The notes beneath the pieces were generated by a model. The model worked only from the letters and a program-made list of their open reading frames with translations. It did no database searches and was not told where the DNA came from. A stretch of DNA of 51,981 nucleotides, the filler included, from Dirinaria sp. TL-2023a (taxonomy: Eukaryota), in NCBI GenBank assembly GCA_051941275.1. It is 3 parts of 3 records of this genome, joined end to end, with 100 filler letters (N's around TTAATTAATTAA, not from the genome) between each part and the next. Parts side by side here need not be neighbours in the genome. Positions count along the whole stretch, not along the records: positions 17,379 to 34,638 come from JAVEBF010000439.1; positions 34,739 to 51,981 come from JAVEBF010000440.1; 1 more part is not named here. One strand, written 5' to 3'. The translations under genes and the position numbers were made by a program. Positions 23,871-36,439 of this stretch are shown piece after piece. Position 1 is the first letter of the stretch; each line of letters opens with the position of its first letter.

Positions 23871-24852
23871 AGCTTACTATGAGGAAAGAGCGATGTTGTT
23901 ATGAAACAACATGGAAAATATAGAGACTGAATGATGGAATTACGAGAAGATCTCAAGGCCATTCGGACGAAGAGGACGTCATGCCAGATGACGCTTTCAA
24001 GGCATCGGCTTCTCTAGGCCAGAAAAAAGCAAGAACCGCGTGGGTTTGATTCTAGATTCAACTGCAGGAACATTTGAAAAAAGTATTATTAGACAGGAAT
24101 GGCAATGGAACAAGTTCGACGCCCTTTCTCCACGGAAGATCTAGATAGAGAGCAGTGGTTGGTCAGAAGAAAGTATCTCCGCGCTCCCTTATCATGAGTG
24201 AGCGATAAGGCACTGGCAGTTGCGGCTTTCTTTGTGAGGGATAGCTTTCGAAGTAAAGTAGGCCTAACCAGCATTACTATATGGTAGTGGAGACTGGAAT
24301 GCAGCCAGATACGATACAGTAGAAGCTTGATGTTTTGCATACATAGATGGTACCTGATGATTTGCTGGGACCAGGGCGAGATGCAGGGAGAAGTGGATCG
24401 ATTGTGTAGGGCTCAGTAAGGGTTTCGAGGTATTACACCGGCCTTGGAGGTAAAGGTGATTTGCTACCAAGGTAGCCACTTCCAGTCGCGGATACCTTGT
24501 TAAAAAAATAATTAATAGAGATTGCCGAGTGTAAAAGTCTCTTCACGGGTATGGTGTAAATTCTCTAACCATAAGAAACCCGTTGCCGTTGGTGTTGGAG
24601 TCCTCACCCAGAATTTCATTTGAAGGGTTTTGATTAGTGATAAATAAAATAGATAAACTTGATCGATGTAAACAATTTATGCTAGTAATGACAAGCTGGC
24701 AATTGGGGCCAAAGCACGAGGGTGCTATTGGCGGCTCCATTACAATCGAGCAACGACCGTCTAAAAAGAAAACCACGCATGACTGACCACAGACGGGCAC
24801 TTCAAAGCAGCAAGAGAAGCCAATGTGCTTGAAAGACCTCGCCTCTCATCGC

Positions 24853-27808
24853 TCAATAGTTGAGCTCTCCGCCACCAGAGGCACCAACAGCGTCCAAATC
24901 CTCATAGCTCTTCAAACTCCTACCCTGAACTGCCTCTCGAGGGCCCACCGTCTGTGCACCCGCACCATCACCCCATTTGCCTGCTCCACCGCCTATGCGA
25001 GGAGGCATCCCATTACGTGGAGGCGTCAGCCTACCATTCCCCCCATATCGAGGATTCTGTTGACGACGATCGTACGGCCCTGATCGCTGGCTGTGGAACC
25101 GGCCTCCGCCACGCCGCATGGGGCCAACGTGGTGCGTTCCATCCTCACCGCCATTTGCGGCCATGGCAGCACCGGGCCACCCGGTAGGAGGTTGGACAGT
25201 GTGATTGCCAAATGTAGGAAATGGCGTAAAGGGATTGGCGCTTGGGAACCCTGGAGAGAAATTGGGAATCATTGGCATGTTCGCAAGATTGAACCCTCGC
25301 GGAGTGCCCGTTGCCGAATTGTGATTCCCGACCGGGAAATGCCCGTTGCTATTGGCATCCGAGCGTGAAGGGGCGATGTGTGCAGGGTCGAGCACATAAG
25401 TATTAACGAGTGACAGCTGCCAAAAATCAGCTATTGCAACATTCACCACTGAAAGCAGACGCTTACATCTGTCTTGATACTATTGTACCATTCCTCGTGG
25501 CGCTTCTCAACATGCTTTCTCCAGAAATTTTCACCCTTGAAGAGTTTGGTACACTCTGGTACCTTGCAGCGGAATTTATTCTCGTCTTCTTGCTTCACGA
25601 ATTTCTTCAGCTCCTCATCAAGGCCTTCGTCAAGCGGTTTCCCTCCAAGCTTCTTCACATCGACATTTTCTGGTTCGAGGATCTGCAATATCTTTTCTTC
25701 GAAGGTTTTGACCCAATTGAATGCACGCAGCAGCTGCTGGTCGTTCTTGAAGTTGCTTCGTTGGAATTTCTCAACCACAGGAGAACCGTTTGCCTCTTCC
25801 TCGTTCGTTGACTCTTTGCGCTTGAAGGGGAATGGCTCTCCGATTGCACTAGCTTTGGCGGCGGCTTTTGCTGACGTGCTGAGGCTGGCCCTTGGACGGC
25901 GGAGATGTCCGCCAGGACATTTTCGAATAAGCTCGTGTACTGAGTCGCTCTCAAAGACGCAAAAGAAACAGAAGTTGAAAACCCGGCGAAGATACTCCAC
26001 AAGTAAATCCAAAGTCTTCTTTTGCACCAATAGGTCTTCGCTGTCAATTTCCTCGTCAGCATCATCCTCAGCTTCACCTTCCTCTCCATCCTCCATGTCC
26101 GCGTCTATGTCTTTCTCTTCTTCTGGTTTGACCTTGGCATCACCCGTATTCTGAGACTGTAGTAAACCGTTACGACGAAGGGACTCTACGCGTTGTTCAA
26201 CCTTGGTAACGCTATCGACGTCTGAACCGAGATCCTGGTCGAATTTGTTGACAAGTCGTTTCGCTAGCTCCAAGTCTCTGGCGATACGTTCAGGTGCTGA
26301 AAATAAATCCCATAGTGCCTTCTTTCTAGGTTCTCTCGGAGGAACATGGACACCAACATGACACGTGAAATCTCCACGAGCTTCATCGTAAATAGTCTTG
26401 CCATTGATAGCTTCGAGAGCTTTTTCGGAAGTGCTGGTAGAAGGCTTAGTCCCTTCCACATCGGTCTTCTCTCCATCCTCGTCTTCCTCATCCCTACCAT
26501 CGCCACGCTCTTTGGGAATCTCTTCCTCATTGCTTGGATGTAACATGATCCACCCGATACGGTGGCATTTTTTCACAGGGTTCGGATCGCTCAAGCTAAG
26601 CCACTTGAAGCCACCATCCCCTTCACCAAGATGCTCTTTGCAAAAACTTTCAATCTTCTCGCGGCTCACTATTGGTGCTAAAGTCTTGATGAGAAGCGCT
26701 GGTTGCAATGCTGAGTCGTCTCGAATGTCTCCGCCACGGCTTGGTACAAGGTCGCCAACACCAAGAACTTCTGCAGCGGCAACAGTCTCCCCTTCTTCCC
26801 TTTCCACAACACCGCCTGCGCCATTGCTTTCAGCTTTGTAGATGCCTTCAAGGGTGAACTCATCGAAAGAGCCAGAGTCAATGTCGCCATCCCATTGAGA
26901 GAGAGCGCCATGCCGGAATTCTGTTAGGCGCAAGCGAAAGGCGTCCCTGATCTCCGGTAGATAGCGCTCTTTGAACCACTCTTCGCCTTTGTGCTGCTGC
27001 ACGAAGGTACGTGCCATTTTAGCTTGTAGCTCCTCTTTGTAGGTATCGTAGGCGGTCTGGATCTGCGCACGTTCTTTTTCACGCTCTTCACGAACTTCAC
27101 GCTCGCCCTTAATGAGCCGTTCGGAAGCTCGGCGACCATCCTTCTGGCGATCTTTGTCTTCCTTGATAGATTGCTCGACGCGCCAGTATTCGGCGAACCA
27201 ATTGAAGCCGACCTGGAATTCCAAACTTAAGGGATTGGGAAGGGGGTTTGTGCGTACGACGGGCTTGGAATTGGCCTCGCCAGGAACGTATCGATCAATA
27301 TTGACAGGCGATGGGGCCCGACGGCGGTCCTCGCGATCTCGCGAAGCATGATCACGAGACTGGCCGTAATAGTCGTCACGGCGGCCGGCTGGCTGATAAC
27401 GGTCAATGAGGACGGGTGAGCGGGAGCGATTGCGGGAGCCACGGAAACCTCCTCGACGATCTTGACCACCTAACATTGGAGAAGTATGAGTAAGCATTTC
27501 ATAAGTACAGAGAGTAAATGCGAAGGAGGATTTGTGAATGGCGCAGTCAATCTGGCAATGGTACGGCACGTGATTCTTTATGATCGGCCACTGACGACAT
27601 TGTGAGAAGGACATGCAGATGGGGATCTGGGAAATCGATGCAGGGAAAAGTAGATGATTGAACTAAGCTTCATTCTCGTCATTGTCTTACCAGGAGATCG
27701 GCGACGATAAGCATCGTTGACTAGGGCTCGATCCATCATGTCTTCGCGGCTAGCCCATCTAGGCTCTGACTTGATCGGCGGTGAGCGATATGCTTCCATC
27801 GTATCCAT
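24853..27808 (-). CDS. ARS2: Arsenite resistance protein Ars2/SERRATE (cap-binding complex adaptor; Pir2-like)
   Basis: MARTFVQQHKGEEWFKERY, LDLLVEYLRRVFNFCFFC, zinc finger KFRCKVPECTKLFKGENFWRKHVEKRH, C-terminal RSLKSYEDLDA..ELNY; introns about 27690-27470 and 25465-25417. Confidence 0.93.
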
Positions 27809-28601
27809 AATTGGAACGGATGGTAAATGCAGGTTGATGTAGCAGTAAAGTTTCTGTGAACCGGAGTGGAGAATAAATAGTCGGATCCGTCGGTTTGCTC
27901 GATTCCCTGCAGAATGAATGGGGAGTTCGGTATCAATTCCCAGGTGATTGCTGGTGAATAGAGGTAGGAGGAGAGGAGGCGGGAAGGGCTGTTTGTCCAC
28001 ATTGTATTGTGTTAGAGCAGATTCAATTTGCGACAACAGAGGGGGAATGAGTGGTGAAGCGCATGGGCAATCTAAAATAGAATAGGAGTATTGTAGAAGG
28101 GAAGTGTATAACAACAGGCCTCAAAACACCAGACAACATCTGGTGGTGGGCAATGAATGGGCTTGGAAGAAGAAGGAAGCTGTGGGCAGCCATGCTCTGA
28201 GCGGCTGGGAGGCTGACCAGCCATGGGCAGCTGACAAAAGGAAGATGGCAGAATGAGGGGATCTATGTATTGGGAAAAAGGTCGTGACTGGCAACTCACG
28301 TTTTGCGTCCCCTAGAGTCAGGTCATGGAAGACCAGCTGCTGCGGTTGATGAGGAAGAAACAGCGCCGGGTTGTGGGTTGGGGATCCCTTTGTAGGAGGG
28401 TCTGGTTGAGTCCCACTAGCTGTTTCAAGACAAGCGTCAGACTGCCGCGATAGCCGCTTATCAGATATAGACGAGATAAGGTGCATTTTCCCATACCTCG
28501 GTACGATATTCCCGCCTTGACTTGGGCAATCTTGCCCCATCAACTCTCCGGCTGCTTCACCAGACTATTGTAATTTAGCCTGGATTATACTCTCTCGTAC
28601 C

Positions 28602-29387
28602 ATGACATCATATATTCCATCTCTGACCCTCCCGGGCCAAGTATTTGCGCAGCCTGCAACCTCAATCCTACTGCCGGTCGTGCTCGGTACAGGTGTAGGG
28701 TTTAGCGTCAGCCGTGTGTAAGGTCCTCGAAAAGCTGATGCGAAGCTCATGGATGTTTAAAACAGCCAAAAACACGCAGAAAACATACCTCGCGCTGAAG
28801 CAGCCTCCCTATCGTCCGCCACCTCAGGTCTTCGGCCCTGTCTGGACGACACTGTATGCTCTGATGGGGTATTCGGCATACCGAGCATGGAACATTGGCA
28901 TAACCTCCTTCAACCCTAGGACAGTTGAGCTGACAAAGGTGAGCGCGAGGGTTCATTATATATATGCTATTTTAAACCCTCTTTCGCATCCTAATGGGCT
29001 TCAAGCAAGGCGCAACCCTTTACACCATTCAACTAGGCCTCAATCTAATATGGATGCCACTCTTCTTCGGCTTAAAACGTCCTGTCGAAGCTACCGTCGA
29101 TATCGTGGCTCTTACGGGTGTCACTGGATACCTGACGTACGTATGGTCACAGATCGATAGCGTTGCTGCGTGGGGAATCGCACCATACCTCGGCTGGCTT
29201 GGATTTGCGACATATTTAAGTGTAAGTATTCTCAGCTGGCCTTGCCTCAAGATCTCTCTGTTGATGAATGGAATAGGCTGGCACAGGGTATCTAAATGGC
29301 TGGAGTATGGCGGATAAAGAGGTCCAGCGGCCGCCGAAGGAGAAGGATGATTCGAAATATGTAAATGAAAAGGACAAATCTCACTGA
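28602..29387 (+). CDS. TSPO: TspO/MBR translocator protein, 4 exons
   Basis: MTSYIPSLTLP; LKQPPYRPPPQVFGPVWTTLYALMGYSAYRAW; LYTIQLGLNLIWMPLFFG; PYLGWLGFATYLS|AGTGYLNGW. Confidence 0.94.
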
Positions 29388-30132
29388 GCCTTGAAGGACG
29401 ACGTGAGTCGCCTATCATGTCTTTCTAATTGATGAGTCCTTCAAACCTTGTCCTGTTAACCTTGCTTGTATCTCCCTCCCTGGAAGTTCTAGTTATCCTG
29501 AACTTGCATCAGTAACAATAAAGCCAAAAGTACAATCATACGTCTAGATTATTCCCTTTTCACGACCCACAAGCCTCTACCTTAGCAGAGTGGTGCGTTT
29601 GAATCTAAGCGGTGTCCTCCCTCAATCCAGATTTTCTTGCAGCCAAAGTCCCATCACCTGATTAAAAAAAAAGGCTCAAACGAGCCCTTTCATGCCAGCC
29701 TGACCAAAAACGCTCCTGGTTTTCTCCATTGAGACCCTATATTGGGGTTTGAGAGACTACTTAGATTTCGACTTTCTTGGCATACCGTCTTGCGTTTACA
29801 TGGCAGTCGATCGCGAAAAGGTTTACAATGGACTTGGCAGCCATGAATTTGGGTGTTTGGAAGGATGCTCTTACGGCATTCCTCACCTGAGTACACTGCC
29901 TCAAGCCACCCATATCAAATGCATCAAAATGCCTGACAGCCCTGAATCACGCCAGAAGGGGAATAGCGCGATGCTAGCCCGACATGGGATCTCTGAACTC
30001 ACTTTGACAGCCATTTTATTGTAAGATTACTTTGCTTCGTGTACTCTATGGCTTCGAATGAGATAACTGCTGTGGAGAGTTGATCGTTGCACAAAATGAA
30101 AAGTATACCAGAGCTGAAAGTTGCTTGTGGAG

Positions 30133-31692
30133 ATGAACTCTTCTACGACATCAATCCCTCACAGCATGTTTGGTCCTCCAGTCAATCGCGCTATGAGAAT
30201 TCTTGATCGTTCATTTTTCAACAAGAAAATACCCTTGGCAGCTGCTAGAGTCCTGGACAGGAAGACAATATCAAAATACCGGTCGACTTTGGGTAACGAC
30301 CTGTTGAGCATCGACCGTGTGGCTATCGTACGCCAAGATCCTTACCAACACGATCTGAAAATTTTGCTCTTGAATCCCAAAATCAAGCCCGATGGTATCT
30401 CTCCGTAATAAAAGCCATCCCAAGGATATTTCCGCTTACTCCGTCTAGACCCGGAGACATGGAGCTCTACGCTTCGAGAGCTTGCGAAAGAACGCCAAAT
30501 CGTGGTAGCTCCATACGACCTCGAATTGAAATACGAGTATTGGAATTACCGTACGTATGTTCGTTTATTCAGTAACGCAAGTTGTACGTGCTGAAAATAT
30601 CAGATGATATTATGGGCGCTATACTGCCCGAAGAAGATCAAGATGACCTTCCCACAGGCTTCTCAGTTGTAGGTCATGTGGGTATGCTTGGCTTCTATGG
30701 GATTTCGATCTTATGACTGACAAGTCTCAAGCTCATCTCAATCTGAGGGACGAGTATCTTCCTTATAAACACCTCATTGCTGAAGTCCTACGTGACAAAA
30801 ATCCAAGTGTACGGACTGTCATCAACAAAATCGACGAGGTAGGTGAGCAAAGCCAATACCGTACGTTCAAGTACGAGGTGCTCGCTGGAGAAGACGATAT
30901 GTGTGTCGAAGTCTCAGAACAAAACTGTTTGTTTCGTTTCGACTACTCGAAAGTGTACTGGAACAGCCGGCTCAGTACAGAGCATAGACGCTTGGTCGAC
31001 CTTTTCCAGCCCGGAGAGGTGGTGTGTGATGTCATGGCAGGCGTTGGTCCTTTCGCCATACCGGCTGCAAAGAAAAGGGTGTTTGTGTGGGCTAATGATC
31101 TGAACCCGGATAGCCACGCCGGTCTAGTTGATGCTATGGAGAGAAATAAGGTATGCTCTTCGCTATACCAGCCCTAATCGGAAGAATCTGAGATTGGCAG
31201 GTCTCCCAATTTGTTCGACACTTTCAAGAGGATGGCCATTCTTTCATTCGTACGTCAGCACAGAAGCTTTTGCAAACCGAGCACGAAGTTGTCATCCCTT
31301 CAAAAGCTTCTCGCAATGCTCCCCGCCCACCGGCCTCATCTGCCACTGTGATCAAGCAACCTAAGACCTTCAGTCACTATGTCATGAACCTGCCTGCGTC
31401 TGCGCTGACCTTTCTGCCTTCGTTCAAGGGGCTTCACAAGGGCCAAGAGCATCTCTTTGCACCCCAGACTGATGTTGAGCTACCAATGGTTCACGCTCAT
31501 TGTTTTAGCACTAAGAGCCATGATAACAAAGCCGAGGAAATCAAGATATGCCATGAGATCTCGCAACAACTAGGGCACCCTGTGAGGCCTGACGATAAAG
31601 ATGTGATGGTTTGGAATGTTAGGGATGTGGCGCCACAGAAGACGATGTTTTGTGCAAGCTTTAGATTACCGCCCGAAGTAGCCTTTATATAG
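30133..31692 (+). CDS. TRM5: tRNA (guanine-37-N1)-methyltransferase Trm5
   Basis: [94 protein letters not shown]. True start may lie slightly upstream. Confidence 0.95.
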
Positions 31693-32137
31693 AGGAATAC
31701 GGTGGGAAACCGATTTTGTTGGACAAAGTACAAAATACTACTGAATTCACTTGCCCTTGAATGGGAACCTAGTCCTGACTGTGAGAAACGGCAGATTTTG
31801 TCACCAGCAAAAAACCTGAAATCGATTGATTTTAGGCATGTTCTTAAAGTAACCGTTCTGGTCTACTTGCCGGTAACTGGCGGTATGCATAGCATTCTCC
31901 TATGCTCTCAAGAATGCCACAGCCACTACCGTCCTACGGATGTGATAAGAGCTTTGTGGTTTAGCAACCTTTTTAAACGCCTGCAATGCTCGCTTGAACG
32001 CATACATAGACAAGTCTCATTCTAGTCTTATCTCGACTAGGCAAAGCATTGGCGTGAAATTGGAGACGGACTGTCGGCTCCGACGCCTATTCTGTTCCAA
32101 ATTCCAGATCTGGGCTGAGCGATCACTATTTCGATAG

Positions 32138-32752
32138 CTACTGATCCGAAACTCTCAGCCTCGTGATATCTTCTAGCAATTCTTGCAAATCCGCATCGCT
32201 GATCTTGTTCACCAGACTCGGAATCAGCATCTTGGCTTCTTCAGCGGTTTCGCAGCACAAGCAGCCTGTCAATGGATCAACACCGGAGCCGCTTTGCGCC
32301 TGTAGGTGAGGCTGAGCCGCATACCGAGCTGCGACCTCTCAAAGGTCTCTAATTCTGATTTCAAGCTTAGTAGCCGCTCCACCGCCTCAATATTTTCCTT
32401 CGCCTTGAAGCGCGCAAATATATCCAGGTAGTCGATGGTCTTGGTGTAAACCCTGGGCGCAAGAAAGGCAGCACGTCAGCACTCTGCCCGGCTTCTGTAT
32501 GCGGTTGCATCATCTCTGCCTCATGAACTATAGCTAGAGAAGCTCAGAGAGACAAACAAGGGCGGAGACTCACTCTTTGGTCCTCACGGCCGCATCTGGC
32601 TTCCGATGGTTTATGACTGCATTGATGACCATTCGCGCTTCGGAGAGGGTCAGGCTTGGATCATTATGGAACTCCCCAAGCTTCAAGGTGCTGGTCGCTT
32701 CCTCGTCACCTGGAGGCTTCTCCCGAACGCGACTTGCATGGTGGGCTGCCAT
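32138..32752 (-). CDS. RPB4: RNA polymerase II subunit Rpb4, 3 exons
   Basis: GDEEATSTLKLGEF..LTLSEA; KTIDYLDIFARFK; FERSQLG|CLCCETAEEAKMLIPSL; ELLEDITRLRVSDQ*. Confidence 0.95.
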
Positions 32753-33097
32753 GGGGACGAGGGAAGAAACGAGGGGATTTCGAAAGGTTCAACGTCTTAG
32801 GAGGCTCGATGTTGAAGATCGGCGAACAATTTGGTCAAAATGGAAAGGCTCAACAAATCGGCTTCTCTTTTCGCCGGCAGCCGACATTTTGAATGTCGAT
32901 CTTTCCACATCACTAAGGCCCACACTTGTACACCAATCTTTGTAAGATTACATACCATTGTCACCGCGTAAGATGTTGATCGCGGCTATCTCTTGTAATC
33001 ATCTACTTCTCATTAGTGTATAATGTGGCGTAATTAACTCTGGTGACTGGATCACCGCCATGCTTGCAAGTCTACAACTGCGTGGAAAGCCTACATC

Positions 33098-33624
33098 ATG
33101 TATGTGACCCCGATTTTTAACAAGTGTCACTGATCTTGAGAAGGGCCATCTACTCTTTGATCATCATAAATAAAGCTGGTGGACTGGTCTTCCAACGTGA
33201 CTTCAATTCGCCGCTGAACAAAGTCTCTGTCAACGACTGGCTCGTCCTTGCGGGGACTTTTCATGGGTAGATTCCTTTCTTAAACAGCACTTTGGCTGCG
33301 TTCACTGATCACTATCATCTGCCTAGTGTCCATGCGATCACTAAATCCCTGACGCCTGCCAGTCTTGGCACACCGTCTTCAGAGCGGACTGGTATACAGG
33401 TCCTTGAATCGACCAATTTCCGGTTGACCTGTTTTCAAACCGTGAGCGGCACCAAATTCTTGCTTTTCACGGAACCCCATCAGCCGAATGTCGACAACAT
33501 CATGAGGAGGATCTACGAACTGTATGCTGACTATGTCACGAAAAACCCGTTTTATCAGCTTGAGATGCCAATTAGATGCGAGTCATTTGACAGAGCTTTG
33601 AGGGCATTCGTCGGAGGAAGATAG
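33098..33624 (+). CDS. TRS23: TRAPP complex subunit Trs23 (sybindin family), 3 exons, start codon split by intron 1
   Basis: AT|GTATGT...AAG|G GCC ATC TAC gives MAIYSLIIINKAGGL; VLAGTFHG|VHAI; FQTVSGTKFLL; YADYVTKNPFYQLEMPIRCESFD. Confidence 0.94.
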
Positions 33625-34516
33625 AGGGGAGCTTTAATACAGGGCCATGCATTGTTGATGTGCAAACTGCTAGCGAGAGCTGGGACGGCCGACTTAATGT
33701 CTTGGTAGGAAGCGTTGCCACCAAGACTTCCCGACAAGAAACACCAGTTGCTATTCAACGAAGAATGAATAGCTACGTGGTCATCGGAGCAGAGACTCTT
33801 TCCTGAGAGTTTGCTCCACTTCTATGGTAGAGAAAGGGGCTCGGTGCCTTTTGGCACTTTGTCGCACTGGAGGCTTCCTGAAACGAGCAACAAGCATCAA
33901 GGATAGCCACAAGAGCCTTCTACCGATGCTTTGAGAATCCGAAACTTGGATATCAATTCAATTTCAGTGGGGCTTCGCAGAAATAATGTTGTCGGACTGA
34001 AGCATAACCGTTGCAGCTGTTGCGATTTTGGGAGTCTATCTCGACCGTTGAGCCGTTTAAACACGTCGCTTACTACGTGCGAGATATCTACACATCGGCC
34101 AGAATCTGCAAATTTCGTAAAATTTGATCAGACCAAGCAGTATGCAGTACCAAGATACTCAATTGGTACACCCGTGTTGGACTTCCAAGGCATTCTTATT
34201 ACGTAGATCTAGTTTCTTTTGCACAGAAGCGAAGCTCTATGACTGAATATCATTGTTAACGAAGCATACGATCCGATCAAAGTGCAAAGCCCACCCCATC
34301 TACCCAAATCCATTCTACCTTATGTCCATCCTACCTTACTTTAAGTGAGATAAAATAAATCCTAGCGAGCACTAGCGCGCCAAAAGAGGCTTAGATCGAT
34401 AGGGCTGACATCGCTTACTGCCCCATCCCACAGAGCCAACTCTTGCCTATCTACATCCAGTCCCATCATTGAAAGAAATCCCATTCCGCGCAACGCAATC
34501 AGCGACCAACGCAATC

Positions 34517-34638
34517 ATGGGTCGCGTACGGACAAAAGTAAATAACCTCCTCCTCCTTCTCCTCCTCATACTCCGTTTCCCCTCGCTCTCTCCTACAAAA
34601 ACAAGCTAACACCTCCATCTATAGACGGTGAAGAAATC
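34517..34638 (+). CDS. RPS17: 40S ribosomal protein S17 (eS17), 5' fragment truncated by the assembly gap
   Basis: ATG GGT CGC GTA CGG ACA AAA|GTAAAT...GCTAAC...ATAG|ACG GTG AAG AAA TC = MGRVRTK|TVKKS, the conserved eS17 N-terminus. Confidence 0.92.
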
Positions 34639-34738
34639 NNNNNNNNNNNNNNNNNNNNNNNNNNNNNNNNNNNNNNNNNNNNTTAATTAATTAANNNNNN
34701 NNNNNNNNNNNNNNNNNNNNNNNNNNNNNNNNNNNNNN
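34639..34738. other. Artificial scaffold linker: 44 N + TTAATTAATTAA + 44 N
   Basis: Identical 100-bp construct to 17279-17378. Confidence 0.97.
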
Positions 34739-35041
34739 CATGTATACGGAAATGCTGTATCAATTATTCACGAGCTAGCAAAAAAGTTCTCCCAAAAAAA
34801 AAAAAAAAGGGAGCAAATCTTTTTTTCTTGAATCAGAGATACACCTATGCCTGGAAGAAAGCAAGAGATAGACTTCAAAAAAAACGATTGACGCTTGTGC
34901 GATGATAGACCGAACCTCAGATTCAGTGAAAAAAAAAAAAACGATTGGTAGGATAGGGTATCGTGCTCTACTCCCCCCGCCCACCCCCAAGCGCCGCGCT
35001 GTTAACGAATCTTCTTATTTTCCCTATCAAAGCAAAAAAAA

Positions 35042-36439
35042 TCACCTATACAACTCGCCCCTGACACCGGCCCCGCGTTCCTTTTTCCGGCGTTTACCTT
35101 CGGACCCTTCTTTCATCTCTCGGATCTCCTGCTCCACGTCCTCCTTGATGGGGCCCAGATCCGGCGGGATGAACGCCATCTGCGTGCTGGGGTTGCCCTC
35201 GAGGTACTTGAGCTGTTCGAGGGTGCTGGCGAGGATGTGCTGCAGGGACTCCTTGGTGTTGAGGTTGTTCGCCTTGCCCATCTTGCTCAGATCCGGGTAG
35301 AGCGTTTTCTCCGGGAAGTGGGAGAGGAAGGGCATGTTGGCGGGCAGGGCGGAGGGGAGGTTTTGATCGAGGCAGACGGAGGTCTCGTGCGCCCAGAGCC
35401 GGGCCACGTTGCGCGCCGTGTAGCCGCCGCCCCCGAGCACGAGCATGGGCCGATTGAACGATTTCGCGAACGCGACGCATTCCCCGTGCGCGCGGATGTT
35501 GAGGTTGAAGCACCCCAGGCGATCGCCGCCGAGGGAGTCGGCGCCGCATTGGAACACGATCGCCGCTGGGTTGTACCGCTCCACGCAGGGGCCGACGATG
35601 TCTTTGAAGAGGCGGACGTAGCTCTCGTCATCGATGCCGTCTGCTAGAGGGACGTTGAGGGAATGGTGCGCGCCGCCGTTGGCGTTGTTCTGCGGGCCGG
35701 TCTCGTCCAGCCCGCCGGTGCCGGGGAAGAAGACCGCTTTGTCGTATTTGTGGAAGGAGAGCGTCAGCACGCGGTCCGTGGACCAGAACGCTTGTTCGAC
35801 GCCGTCGCCGTGGTGCACGTCGATGTCGATGTAGAGGATCCGCGGATACGTACGCAGCATTTGCAGGATCGCGAGGACGATGTCGTTGATGTAGCAGAAT
35901 CCGCTGGCTTCGCCCTTCTTGGCATGATGCAGCCCGCCGGACCAATTGATGGCGATATCGGACTGGCCCGATGTTAGTTTCCGAGCTGCGTCCAGGGAGG
36001 CGCCCGCGTAGTAGGAGCAGTAATCGAAGAGGCCGTCGAAAACGGGACAGTCGTCGCCCATGTTGAAGGGGTAGTAGCCGCTGGCATCTGGCTCGTGAGG
36101 ATGGTACGGTGTGATATTTCGGAGGAAATCAATGTATTCCTCTTTGTGGAAGGCGGTCAATTCCGATTTGGAGGCTTGGCGGGAAACGTAAAGATCCATG
36201 GCTTCGTGCAGGCCGTACGCCATGACGATTTTGTTGGTCAGAGTCAACCGCCACGGTTTCATCGGATGGTGGGGTCCGAAGTGGGCTTCTTCGGCCCTTG
36301 GGTTTGCATGATAGGACACGATTTTGCCTTTGGGCTTTGAAATACCATTGAAAAGAATCTCTCTTTTGGATTTATCGTCCAAGAAGAAGGTACCAGTTTG
36401 CCCTGGCTGGGGAGGTTTGTATTCTTGTATAATGGTCAT
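35042..36439 (-). CDS. HOS2: Class I histone deacetylase, Hos2/HosA type (intronless)
   Basis: HFGPHHPMKPWRLTLTNKIVMAYGL (Hos2-type KPWRL), DCPVFDG, INWSGGLHHAKKGEASGFCYIND, YIDIDVHHGDGVEQAF, QCGADSLGGDRLGCFNL, GGGGY; ATG at 36439 (MTIIQEY). Confidence 0.95.
   Translation of the reverse strand: MTIIQEYKPPQPGQTGTFFLDDKSKREILFNGISKPKGKIVSYHANPRAEEAHFGPHHPMKPWRLTLTNKIVMAYGLHEAMDLYVSRQASKSELTAFHKEEYIDFLRNITPYHPHEPDASGYYPFNMGDDCPVFDGLFDYCSYYAGASLDAARKLTSGQSDIAINWSGGLHHAKKGEASGFCYINDIVLAILQMLRTYPRILYIDIDVHHGDGVEQAFWSTDRVLTLSFHKYDKAVFFPGTGGLDETGPQNNANGGAHHSLNVPLADGIDDESYVRLFKDIVGPCVERYNPAAIVFQCGADSLGGDRLGCFNLNIRAHGECVAFAKSFNRPMLVLGGGGYTARNVARLWAHETSVCLDQNLPSALPANMPFLSHFPEKTLYPDLSKMGKANNLNTKESLQHILASTLEQLKYLEGNPSTQMAFIPPDLGPIKEDVEQEIREMKEGSEGKRRKKERGAGVRGELYR

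Noticed and set aside
25474..26841. Long antisense ORFs (226 aa, 147 aa) opposite ARS2
   Set aside because: Ser/Phe-rich mirror translations of the Glu/Lys-rich sense frame.
35094..35977. Many overlapping 100-150 aa ORFs on both strands within HOS2 (similarly in YNG2 and RPS15)
   Set aside because: Shadow ORFs caused by high GC3, which depletes stop codons in other frames; no recognisable motifs.
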